The notes beneath the pieces are model-generated. The model had not been told where the DNA came from and made no database searches. It saw nothing but the letters and a program-made list of their open reading frames with translations. 64,000 nucleotides of DNA. Origin: Monocercomonoides exilis PA203 (taxonomy: Eukaryota; Protista; Preaxostyla). The stretch lies in NCBI GenBank assembly GCA_001643675.2, contig LSRY02000032.1, forward strand, positions 496,001 through 560,000, given 5' to 3'. Made by a program: the position numbers and the translations under genes. Below are positions 40,331 through 52,100 of this stretch, in pieces; position 1 is the first letter of the stretch, and the number at the start of each line of letters is the position of its first letter.

Positions 40331-41906
40331 AATAAAACATCATTTGAATTTGTTTTAATCTTTTGTTCAAGTCAAAAATTATAAAAATCATGAATCTTGC
40401 GTAACTTCATTTGTTTCCCAATTGCTATATAATAATCTGCTCCTTTCTCATCGTAATGCTCTCCAACGTGAAGATTTGCTATTTGACAGACAAGAAAAGT
40501 TCCTTTTCTTTGAAAAGGAAGCAAACAGAGCAGTTTTCCAATATAATGAAAAAAATGTAATATTACAATAAAAATTAAATTATAAAAAGTATTAGCAAAC
40601 TGGTAAAAAGTTGGAAAAGTAAGTGGTTTTAAAAAAATGAAAGAAACAAAACTCCAGCTTCAATCAGAACCATATCTTTTTGAATTTTAGAATATTTATT
40701 AAAAAAAAAACAAATATCAGAAAAATTTTGATTTTTTGTTTAATAGTTATGTATGTGATAAGAGTTAGAAAAATGTTTTTTCTGAATTTTAAAAACTTGT
40801 ATTCATGGAAAAAACTTCTGTTTTCCGCTTCAAACAATGAAGATGACAGAAGGATCAGAATCTCGATGCCACTTTTTTTTGTTCAAAATGGTTTATTTCA
40901 TCGATTTAACTTCATATATTACTAAAAAACTGCTTTTTGAAATCTGCAATTTTCGCCCTTTAGCGCGTAATTTTTTGATCTTTTTGCCCTCGAAAAAAAT
41001 AAAATATAGGGTCGGATCCTTTTTTTCATTCAAAAATGTTGTTGTGTGTGTGTCATATTTTTTCATTTTTCATGCATTTCTGAATAATTAGATGAGTGGT
41101 CGTTACAAAAATGTGTTTATTTTATGTTATTGAGTTTTTCTGAAAATCGTAGAAAAATGAGTGAAATGAAAAAAAATACGTTAAAAAATAACAATCATTC
41201 ACCAATCAAAATGACATAAAAAAACAAAAAGTACTTCATAATATTAATCATTTAAAAAATTGAAAACAGTTAGAAATTTTCTAATCAAATTCAATAACTT
41301 TCAAAAAAACACAATTCTGTCACATAATCATAAAACAATCACCAAATATCAACTAAATATCAACAATTTTGAACAATGAAAAATATAAGAAGAAATAGCA
41401 CTATTTCAACAAATTCATGGTATCAAAGACAATTCCAAACAAAAAAGAATACTTATATAAAAAGTTCAAAAACTAACTTGTCTATTTTCCCTCTGTTTTC
41501 CATCCACTCACCCCTTTCTGATATTTCTCTCTCTTTGACTCAAAAAGATCAAATCCAACAAAGAAAAAAGACAGACACAATGATAAAACAACATTTCACA
41601 CTCTCAACAACTCTCCCTTCCAAAAACCTCACTCAAAGATCAATGAATTCCTTCACAACTGTATCTATTAATGAATCTCGATATATACATGTATAAGCGG
41701 GACAATAACCAAGAAATAAATAGGGACATATCAGGGACAATAACCAAAAGAAAACAATCGGATTCTAACTGTTGTGCACCTGGGAGGCTGTTCGTCGTAT
41801 CCAGGTCCGGATATTGCAGCCCGAAGGCTGCAATATCTAATACGAACAGTCACGTCCAGCACCCTTCCGATAGAGTGCCAGCTAAGCATGCACAACAACT
41901 AGTTTC

Positions 41907-44900
41907 TTAATAGGGGACACCAAAAGAACAATTTTGAGATTCATTAAAAGAAGAAGAGTCAAGAAGAAGCTCAAATCTCCTTGAAAGAAGATCTTGAGAA
42001 GATTGAGAAAGAAGAGAAGAGTTAGATGATGTGAAATCAGAGTTGAAGGTCTTTCTTGAACGTTGAACTTTTTCTTTCATTGTTGAAGATTCGAGGGCAA
42101 CCAGAGAGCGTTGAGGAAGATATCCAACAGCAGAAGCACAAACAAATGAGCCCTTGTGCTAAAAATACAGGTAGTCCTTCATGCGAGGGACTGACAGTGA
42201 TGGCCATGAAATTTGCTGAGATGGTACATATTCTTCAAAGTACCTCTCATGCTCAAAGTTATTGACAGATGTTGAAGATGGTGAAGAGTTTGATGATGTT
42301 GTTGAGAAAATGTTTGATTGTGAAGTTGAAGAAGCTGATGTCGAAGTGTTCATATTGTTTTCGAAGAAGTTGATCAAATCATGAAGTGTGGTGATGTGTT
42401 CAGTCGAAAGATTGTTGTCGATAGAGTTAACTAATGCACCAAATTCACTATCACAAATATTCTTTCCATGATGCTCAGCAAAGAAGTTGAGTTGTGTATT
42501 TTTCTTTTTGAGAAGCTTGGATTGTTTAGAGAGGATGAAGTGAAGAAGGAAGCGATTTCTGTTGTGTGGACCAGAATCGCAGAAGAACTTAAAAGTGTGA
42601 GTGTCTGTGAAGAAGTGTCTTTTGATCACAGATTCCAGACACTCAATAACAAATCTGTGATCATTTGAGAGGCAGTCGGAGAAGAAGTTGAAAGTTCGTT
42701 TTATTTGTTGATTGTTTATTTTTTGAAGAGAGATGATTGTGAATTGAGAAACTTGTTTGATTGTTGAAGAATTCTTGTTGAAGTTGATTTTTTCTGATAG
42801 GGAGTTTCCATTTCTCTTTGAAGTCGAAGACGAAGACTGCTTCTCCCTCTTTCAGATTATTAATAGTTGATTGATAATGTTTTCGTTGCATTTCTGCAAC
42901 TAGTCGATGTTGTCGAAGAAGTTTGAGTGTATGAAACTCGGCGGAAGAAAGTCCATTTTTGTTTTGAGAAGATTTAAGTTTGTTTTCGAGATAGTTCAAC
43001 TTCTCACACATGCCGCAGAGATCTGTGCGCCTTTTTGCTTTGGAGAAGTTGGTTGTGAGCTTGTAAAAGTGAGATAATGAAACTTTGATGTTTGTTTCAT
43101 CTGTAAACTCTTTCCATAATTTTGTCTTGGGCTTAAAGATTAATCTCTTTTCATTGGGAGAAAAGATGCCCGTTTTCTTTCTTCTTTCTTTAAGTTCTTC
43201 CAATCCATAGTTAGTTGTTATTGATGATGATAGTTGTGGAATGGAAGTTGTTGGATGAAGTGGAGTGATGAATGATGATGATGATGATGATGATATGTTA
43301 TTTAAAGTGTTTAAATTTGATGTTTCTGAAGAAGAAAAAGAACCACCAAATTGAATAGCAGATAGTGTTGGTTTTGTTTTTTCTTTTGTGTAGAAAGAAA
43401 GAGAAGGAGTGTAACCCTGAGCGTAAATATCTTTCCATGATGAATTCCATTTATCATTATCAAATTCTGTCATATCAGCATCATTGCAAACATTCCATTT
43501 GATATCATGTCCATTCTTCCTTTTTACAACAGCAATGTAGTGTCCATTATTTTGGTTCAAACTCTTGAACAGAATTTGTCCTGAAAGATGATAAATAATC
43601 GTTTCCTGTTTATCTTTTTGAAGATGTTGAATTCTTTCTGTTGAAAACCCTTTGCAGAAAGTGCGCTGGTTAACACGATCTGTTTCTATTAGTAATGTTC
43701 TCGAAGGTGCTGAACTAGCAGAATCAGTACATTCATGACAGAGGGCTAGCACCTCTGGAAATGCTGCCATTTCCTCCCATCTCGCAGCACAGCATTTTTC
43801 CTTGCATCCATCGCAATAAACACGATTCTTTCCATTTAAAACTTCAGTTGCAAAGAGAGAAGATAATCCATTATGAGTCGAGGAAGAATTAATAACAACA
43901 TTGTTACAAACTTCGTTGAAACGTGATGAAATTTTTTGGCATTTTTGGCATTTGAAATGAGTGATGAAAACAGGATTGAAGGTGTCCTTATTTATCAACT
44001 CATCTTTTTGAAGAAGTTGGTGAAGATTGTCAAATGCCTCAGCCACGTTTTGCTGCTGTCTGCTTCCATAGTTGCAGAAATTTTCCCATTTGTCAATAAG
44101 AGATGGGACCCATGAACGTACTGCCGTTCCATCTTTAGCCAGTTGTTGACAAACACTTATAACACGTGAAGATGTGTTCTTCAAAGATGTTTGTTTTTTG
44201 AATAAAGATGGTTTTTGAATAGTTATTGAAGAGAAACATTGAAGAAGAGAAGCCAAATAGCATGCGTTGCCTAAGTTAGGCAATCCTTTTGCTATTTGTG
44301 ATGATTTATTTGAAGAATATAATGAATTTGAAGAAGATTGAGAATGAGAATTATTTTTTGATGGATTTTCATTAGCATTCTTTTTTGAAATATTTTTTGA
44401 AGAATTATTTTGAATAGATATTTCATTATTTGAAGATTGAATGCTTTGTTGTTGAAGTGTTGAAGTGTCATTCTCTTTTGAAAATGAAGAAAAGAGATTT
44501 TGAAATGCTTGAGGTGGAATTAATGTGGGTGAAGTGGCATAATCAACTAATTGCTCACTTACAAACACATTATCATTTTGAAATGATGAAGAATTTATTT
44601 TTTCTTTCAATTTTTTTGTAATTGAAATTTGTGAAGAAGAAGTTTTTGATTTGAATATTTTGTGAATTGGTATTGGAGATGGAGAAGAATGACGCTTGTG
44701 ATATGAATTTTTATTTTGGTTTTTTGTTGACCCCCTTTCTCTCCTTATTGGAGTGTTGATTGGAGCATCAACAGCTTGAGAAGAAGAAGAATTTGAAGAA
44801 GGAGAATTTTTTTCTGAAATGGTTTTTGAATTTTTATTTTGTTGAGATGATGTTGAAGAAGAAGAAGATTGTTTTTTATTTGTAGAAGAATTTTCTGTAA

Positions 44901-45602
44901 TAATTTCTTCATCCCAAGCTGCTTCGTCAATAAATCTGGCGTAATCTGGCTCAGCTCGCTGCTTTTTCTTTGCTGATTGGAGAGAAGTTGAGGCTTCAGT
45001 TGAATGAGCCAACATCCAGTTATTGCCCTTTTCCCATTCCTGTTCATTTAAGCCTAAAATAAACAGAGAAAATTATTCAAGAAAAATTAAAATAAATACA
45101 AACCACTTTTGCAAGACGGAAGGTGAGGTTTTTGAGGCGGAATGATAAATCCTTGATTTTTCTTCAGCGTTTGCTTCGCGTAAATAAATTTTCCCTCTGT
45201 GACATCATATCCATAGTCCTGTAAATCGGATAATGATGTGTTGCGGGAAAGCGCTTGTAGCATTGTTGTCTGAGTGTGCAACGGAGCGTTGTTGTACACC
45301 ACAGACAGGTCTTCCAGCAGCTTTATGTGATATTCTGTTTCAAAAAAAAATAAATAATTAACAAATCAAAAAGAAAAAAATAACAGAGAGTGAAAATAAT
45401 TTTTTCAACACAATACAAAAAAATAAAAAACCAAACCATTCAAAGACTTCAGTAAATCATCAATTACTGAAGATGATTGCCTGTAGGTGTAAAACAAATA
45501 GGCAAGCAACGAATCCACGTCATTTCCGCCGATTCTCTTTATTTCTTGCCATAGAACATTGCAACGAGAATTTAATGTCGATTCGCGTTTTGAAAACGAC
45601 AT
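41907..45602 (-). CDS. gene A: Sola-like DDE transposase with an internal USP (C19) domain; carries a frameshift (~42758) and a premature TAG (42161-42159)
   Basis: Exons 45602-45437, 45334-~45104 and ~45054 onward. USP Cys box GLPNLGNACYLASLLQC, CQKC/CDGC, His box GHYIAVVK, WNVCND. Transposase motifs KLWKEF..IKVSLSHFYKL, TDLCGMC, FDFKEKW.LP..Q.QQEFF, SDCLSND, CDSGPHNRN, NFFAEHHGKNICDSEFG. Confidence 0.85.
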
Positions 45603-46259
45603 TTTTCTCTAATAAATATTTTCTTATGGAAAATCACAATTATTCTAAAAAAAATTCTTTTTATTTAAAAAAACATGTATTGTTATTTTTTCATTATTTG
45701 ACTATTTCCAAAATTGTTAAAAAATTTTTTTAACGTGATTTGAATTATAGAAAAAATTTTTAAAAATTTCTTATCAGAAAAAAATTGGAAAAATTAAAGA
45801 ATTCTTTAATTGAAGGTTTATTGAAAAATTCATCACATAAATGAACTTGTCTTATGAAAAATATCATTCTCATATATTAAGTTCTTAAAAATATATATAA
45901 TATTGTTCTTCAATGAAAAAAGAATCAGATCCATAATTCAAAATTCGAAGGAGTCAAAAAGATCAAAAAAAAAAGTGCTAAAGGGGGGAAAGTGCAAGGA
46001 GCAGAAAACAGTTTTTTTTCCAATAAATAAAGTAAATATGTCGTTATTTATCATTTCCCGCATAAATCAGACACATGATAATATTGTCATTTTGTGATCG
46101 TCATTGTTTTTAATTTTCAAACAGAAAAAATTGAATTTATTTTTTTCTCTATGAATGAAAGGATTTTGGATTTTTTTCCAAAGCCAGAGAGTTTATAATT
46201 TTTTTTTTAATATAAATGTGAATTAAATATTTCAAATTGAAATTTTTAGTGAAAATCTG

Positions 46260-48156
46260 ATGAAACCCAATAAAAGGAAATTCATAATGTCAAGTGGAAG
46301 GTCGTATGGTTCTCGATTTTCCCGTGCGCACACAAGCATGAGAAAGCAAAGCATAATGAACGATGTGGATATGCTATCGAACTTTTTCAGAAATATGTCA
46401 GTTGATCATGCAAATAAAGTCCTCTTCGAATTTTTTATCAAATCGATCCCCGGAAACTCGCTAATGAATAATCTGATGAAAAATTATGGATGTTTGCTTT
46501 TTGTTTTTCCTATATTTTCTTTGTTTTTTGTAATTAATAATTTTTTATTTTGATATTTATTATGTTTTTATTTTTTTATTATTTGTTTATTAAAAAGCAC
46601 CATTACATAAGATTGTCCAAAAATTGAAGCTCCCGTTCAATGAATCGAACCCGTATATCCAAGAAAAAATGCTGCTGTGTCTGACTGAGTGGTTTTCTCA
46701 GCAAGAACTGATACAAGATTTCAATTACAAGATCAACTGTTTGGGTGAATGTTTGAAGGATAAAAAGGAAGAGAATTCAATTCAATCAATTTTTCGGAAG
46801 CAATCTTCTTCATCAAGTTACAGTGTAATATCTTCAGACGAAGATGAAGCGGTTGATCAAATGTCTGAAAGAAGAAGAAAGCGACGATGAAGAAACGGAG
46901 AGCGATGAATGTTTAAAAATGAGCAAAGATAAAAAATGTTCAGATATTAAAGGAGGAGGAATGAAAATGGAAATAGAGGTTTGGTTTTTTATTTTTTTTT
47001 CAAAAATTGCCTGATTCAATTTTACAGGCAAATCAATAATTATTTGTTTATTTTTTTGTTTGTTGCTTTGAAGCAACAGTCTTCAATGGAAGCATTAGGA
47101 AATCCTTATTCTGTTCTTTCAACAGTTCCACAAATGAGTAGCTTTTTTCAATTTCCTCCTTCGTTTCTATTTCCAGCTCATCCTTTACCAAAAGAATCAC
47201 GTTCATATGTTCAGGTGTTGGTGAATTGTGGGAGGGAGTTGATAAATTTTGGATCATCATGTGCTTTAGCTTCTATTTGTCAATGTCTGGCATCGTTTGG
47301 AGTGCAATGTGGTATCAAAAAAAGACGTGGAGGAGTGTATATTTTCCGAAGACTTTTCAGTGCAATCAGAGGGAGAACTGTGACAAGCAAAGTGTGGGGA
47401 ACTCCAGCATTTATGAATTTTGTGCAAAAACATGGTGGGAGCAAATCTGATCCATTAGGGATCACAACAGCATATGAAGCAATTCTGAACGATGCATTTT
47501 TGGAGGGGTGCAATGTCAAGAAAGACTTCACAGTGAAGCAATCTTCATTCAAACTGTGTGCGAAGTGTTCTCATGTTCGTGTTCATAACCAAAATCCTTC
47601 GTTTTATTTCACCATCATGCATCCATCGATTGTGAAGGGGTTGAATTTGTCATTGTCTGCAACCGATCAGTTTTCAACTGAGGAACCGTGTGTTGATGCT
47701 TATTGTGGGTGCAAGACTTCATTTTTGTATTGGACACAAATTGACAGGTTCCCAAAAATCCTTGCAATTTATCATAGCTCAAAGGAAAACTCCCCTGTTA
47801 TGCAACCGCCTAAAACTATCACATTTCATGGAAGTGGATCCACTCCGAAATCGATGGTGGTGACGTCACATGCAACAAATCAACTGAAACATGAGTTTTC
47901 TTTCTTTCCTAGGATTGATTACAATTTCATTGGATATGTCCTTCATTCGATGAAACCTATGCCTATTGGTCATTTTATAGCAGTTGTTGTTGATGGAAGA
48001 GATGAATCGACTGGGGAGCTTAGTCTACTGGAGTGCAATGATGGAGTTATATCTCAGGTGAATTCCCATTTCAATGAAGCATATTGGAAAGCAATGGCAA
48101 ATGAAGGATGGAATGGTGCAATTTGTTTTTATAGAATAAACCAAATGATTGAATGA
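46260..48156 (+). CDS. gene B: USP (C19)-like cysteine protease, paralog of the gene A N-terminus, without the transposase core (frameshift ~46868)
   Basis: Introns 46492-46597 and 46979-47073. Cys box LINFGSSCALASICQCL, CAKC...C..C, FPKILAIYH, His box GHFIAVV, CNDG, terminal ICFY. Confidence 0.8.
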
Positions 48157-49149
48157 TTTTGTTCTTTGTCTATTTTTGCTTTAATTTTTACTTTTTTTTC
48201 CTTACGATTTTTATTTTCGAATTTTTCTTTTTTCAATTTTCTCACTTCCTCTCTTGATGTTTTCAGTTTGATTTTTAACAGTTTTCTCAAGAAATCATTT
48301 ATAATGAATGAAATATTTTTTATTTGAATAATGAATTTCTTCTGAAATGACAAATCCTTCAAAATTACAAAAAAACGTATCACAATTTAAAATAAAAATA
48401 AAAAATGAAAAATATGAAAACATCAATAACATTAACATTGCTATTAAAAAAACAAATAAAATTTATTTTCAGAAAATTTATATGATACCTGTCCGTATAC
48501 GATTTTTAAATCACAAATTTCAAAAATTCGACTATACTCAACATTGTCAATTTTGAATGAAAAAAAGGATCCGACCCTATATTTTATTTTTTTCGAGGGC
48601 AAAAAGATCAAAAAATTACGCGCTAAAGGGCGAAAATTGCAGATTTCAAAAAGCAGTTTTTTAGTAATATATGAAGTTAAATCGATGAAATAAACCATTT
48701 TGAACAAAAAAAAGTGGCATCGAGATTCTGATCCTTCTGTCATCTTCATTGTTTGAAGCGGAAAACAGAAGTTTTTTCCATGAATACAAGTTTTTAAAAT
48801 TCAGAAAAAACATTTTTCTAACTCTTATCACATACATAACTATTAAACAAAAAATCAAAATTTTTCTGATATTTGTTTTTTTTTTAATAAATATTCTAAA
48901 ATTCAAAAAGATATGGTTCTGATTGAAGCTGGAGTTTTGTTTCTTTCATTTTTTTAAAACCACTTACTTTTCCAACTTTTTACCAGTTTGCTAATACTTT
49001 CTTTTTTTTAATGTTTGTAGTAATGCTATTATTTCTCAAATATATTTTTTATTTACCACTTTTTTAAAAAAATATGTCAAAATATATTCAAAATCTTTAT
49101 ATTTTATGTTTGTTTGTCAGTAATATCTGGTTCTTAAACTGTTGGCCTG

Positions 49150-52100
49150 TATTTATCTTGCGTTGCGGCTTTTATGAGAAATGGTTTTTAAAAAATCAAA
49201 GATTTCATCAGATTCTGCTTTCAACCGAACATATTTTCTGGCGCTGATTGAGTTCACTCTGCTGCTCGTGCGCCAACAAGAAGAATGAAATATCATGCAT
49301 TCATTCATCTTCTTGGCGAGTTGCAATAATTATTGAAGCAGTGGCATTTTTTTATTTATGAAATGCTTTTACAGCGCATTGTTGCTAATTCAATGAGACG
49401 GGGAATTCAATTGTTTGTCGACTGGAGACAGCAGCGGAAGAGCAAGAAATGTAAAAGAATGCTCATGTTTTATGCAGGACAAGGGAGATTTGTTTTGCAG
49501 AAACAGAACTGCAGAGAAAGGAAACGAACGAGAACAAAAGATGGAGGTAAGATAAAGGAATGAGAAGCAAGAGAGGTAGAATGGAAAATTAGAAAGGTTA
49601 TTTTGTTCAATCTATTTAATTCAATCTTCTTTTTTTTTTAAATTTTGAACTTAATAATTATAATTTCAAGATCCTTGCATGATTTTTTATTATTTTTTCT
49701 CTGATTCAGATACAGATAACATTAAAACATGGCTTATTTTGACGAAGCAGACGCGTCTGTTGAATATGCTAGTCTCAGAATTGCGAGCAGAAAACAGATG
49801 GTGCGGCGTTGGTGTGCGTCCATTTGGTTGGTGATGGGCTGAAACATGACGTGCCGAGAGTTGACAGTCGAAGAACAAAATGCAGGAGTTGATTTGGCCG
49901 TTTGAGTGGAAGATGCAGGAGCATCGGTAGAACCTGGCGCGAATGCGGGAGTTTGATAAGCCACGAAAGACATTGCGGACAGCTGGAGCAGAAGAAGTGG
50001 TGTCGCCGACGCTGCTGCTGTTGAAGCAGCGGGGGGAGTTCTATAAGGAATCGGAGCTTTCGTGCGTGACTGCGGTGCATAAGAAGAAAATTGTCTGGGA
50101 AGATAACAAAGTGTTAGTGAAGCTGCTTGAGTGCAAGAAGTGTGAGCCTTGTGAAGTTGTGTTAAAGATACGGGAGACATGACGGGAGCTGAACTGAAAG
50201 ATGGGAGATAAGAATGTGAAGAGGATGGAGGTGGAGATGAGCAAGAAGATGCTTGCGAGTCAGCAGATGGAAGAGAGAAAGTGGAAGAGAGAGAAGAAAA
50301 AGAAGGAGATGAAGACAATGAGAACTGCAAAAAGATGGAGGATGAGAGAGAAGAACGAAATTTTGTTCAGCGGAGATAACATAGAAGGGAAATTGACGTC
50401 GCCAATTGAGAGAGAAAGAGAAAGAGGAAATAGAGTTGAACACGAGGATTCTAAATAGAAAGAGAAAGATGGTATTTCTGAAAGCAAAGTCGATAGAATG
50501 ATGCATTTGGAGTCATTTGATTAAAGCAGAACATCTCTTGTTATTCCTTCCTGCAGAAATGGCTGTCATATGGAAAATTAGTGGAATACAAAAACTATTT
50601 GGGTTTTATTTTGCAATGAAGATAAGCAGAGGTGGGCAATGCGAACTCAATGAGAAGGTGCTAAAGAGGAGATGGACTATTTTCTGTGGAGGACGAAGAG
50701 AACGAAGAGAGAAGGAAAAGCGAGCTGAGAGTGCTATATGGCAGCTCGTCAGAAGCATCGAAATCAGCTTGAAGAAAGCAGGTGCACTTGTGATACGTCT
50801 TCAGTGATTTTATCATTATCATCTTCAACGCCTTCTTCCTCTTCTCGGAGCAGCAAGACGTTTTTCCGCGATCCAAAGGATGAATCCAAAATGACAGCGA
50901 AAAGGAAGAAATGCAGCAAGGATAACATGGTTCTGTTCCAAGAAGACGAAGGTTATTACTTCGGGTCAAAGAACACAACTGCAAACAAAGCATTATGCCC
51001 ATCTGTTTCTCAATCATCATCCTCTGCTTTGTCTATCCATCAGATTTCTTTATTGATCTTTCCTCAAAGAAATAATAAACACACAAAGGTTCTCCGAAAC
51101 AGCCTTCATGCAACATTGGAAGAGATGAAGAGGAGGAAAAAGGAGAAGAAGAACATAGATTTTCTTTCGCTGTATTCGTTGCTGACACCAGAAAGGATAC
51201 TGACTCTGATGCCAGCTGGTGATATTGCGCCTGCAGATGACAAGTGGCTTGAGGAGGAAGTGAAAGATGCGGATGTGGTGAGAGGAGTAGAAGAGGGGGA
51301 GAACGAAAGTGAGAAGGAGAGAAAGGAGTATTTGATGAAGGCAAAGAAGGAAATAGACGAAAGATTGAGGCGAATTAAAGAATGGAAGCTGAGAGAAGAA
51401 AGAGAAAGAGAAGCAGAAAGAATGAAAAACTTGCCTTTTAACCAGCAAAATGCAATTAACACAATGTCAATTGAACCGAATCAAACTCTTCAGTCAACTC
51501 CTCAGCCAACTACATCAGCATCATTCTTTTCTTCTTCCTTATCTTCATCATCTCCTTCTTCGTCATCCACACAAATTTCATTCGATAACAATCAGGTTGT
51601 CAATGCTTTGCCTTCTTCACCATCATCACTTTCGCTTCCTCTTTCAATGTGCTCTTTATCTCCTTTTCCCACCAGCACCCCATCTCCCACCCATCAAATG
51701 TGGCATCCTGTTCCTTCTTCCTCTCTTCCCTCTTCGCTTTCTTCTGCCTCACAGCGTCTGTTCCTACTTCGTCACTGTGCTTTCCTGAGCCAAAATTGTC
51801 AGCCATTCCAAGCCGCATCGATAGAATTGAGGAAGAGAAAGCGATACAGCCGAAGATGGAGAAGATGCAGAAGAAAGAGGCAGAGAAGGAGACAAAGGAG
51901 CCGCTGGAGGAAGAGAATGAGAACTTTGAGAAAGATCGGGAAAAGCTCGAAGACCGCAGAAGAAGGCGCTGGAGCAGGCTGAGAAGAAGAGAAAGGAGTT
52001 TGTCTTAAATCTGAAAAAGATGAAGATTGAGAGAAGCGAATCGAATTTCAAAAGTGGAGCAAAGCAGAGGAAGGTGCGGATGAAGGAGAATGTTGAATCG

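Larger units (their letters stand above)
40586..49000. mobile_element. 8.4-kb TIR DNA transposon, Sola-like, carrying two USP deubiquitinase-domain genes
   Basis: 450-bp inverted repeats 40586-41035 / 48551-49000 with no mismatch noticed by eye. Encloses two head-to-head genes, one with a DDE transposase core. No TSD identified. Confidence 0.88.

Noticed and set aside
42740-42775. Programmed ribosomal frameshift producing USP-only versus full transposase
   Set aside because: No canonical slippery heptamer or evident stimulatory structure, and another nonsense lesion lies downstream. Mutation or assembly error is simpler.
40680-48906. Mirror ORFs 40680/48661 and 40837/48444
   Set aside because: They lie in the 450-bp TIRs and are spurious AT-rich ORFs.
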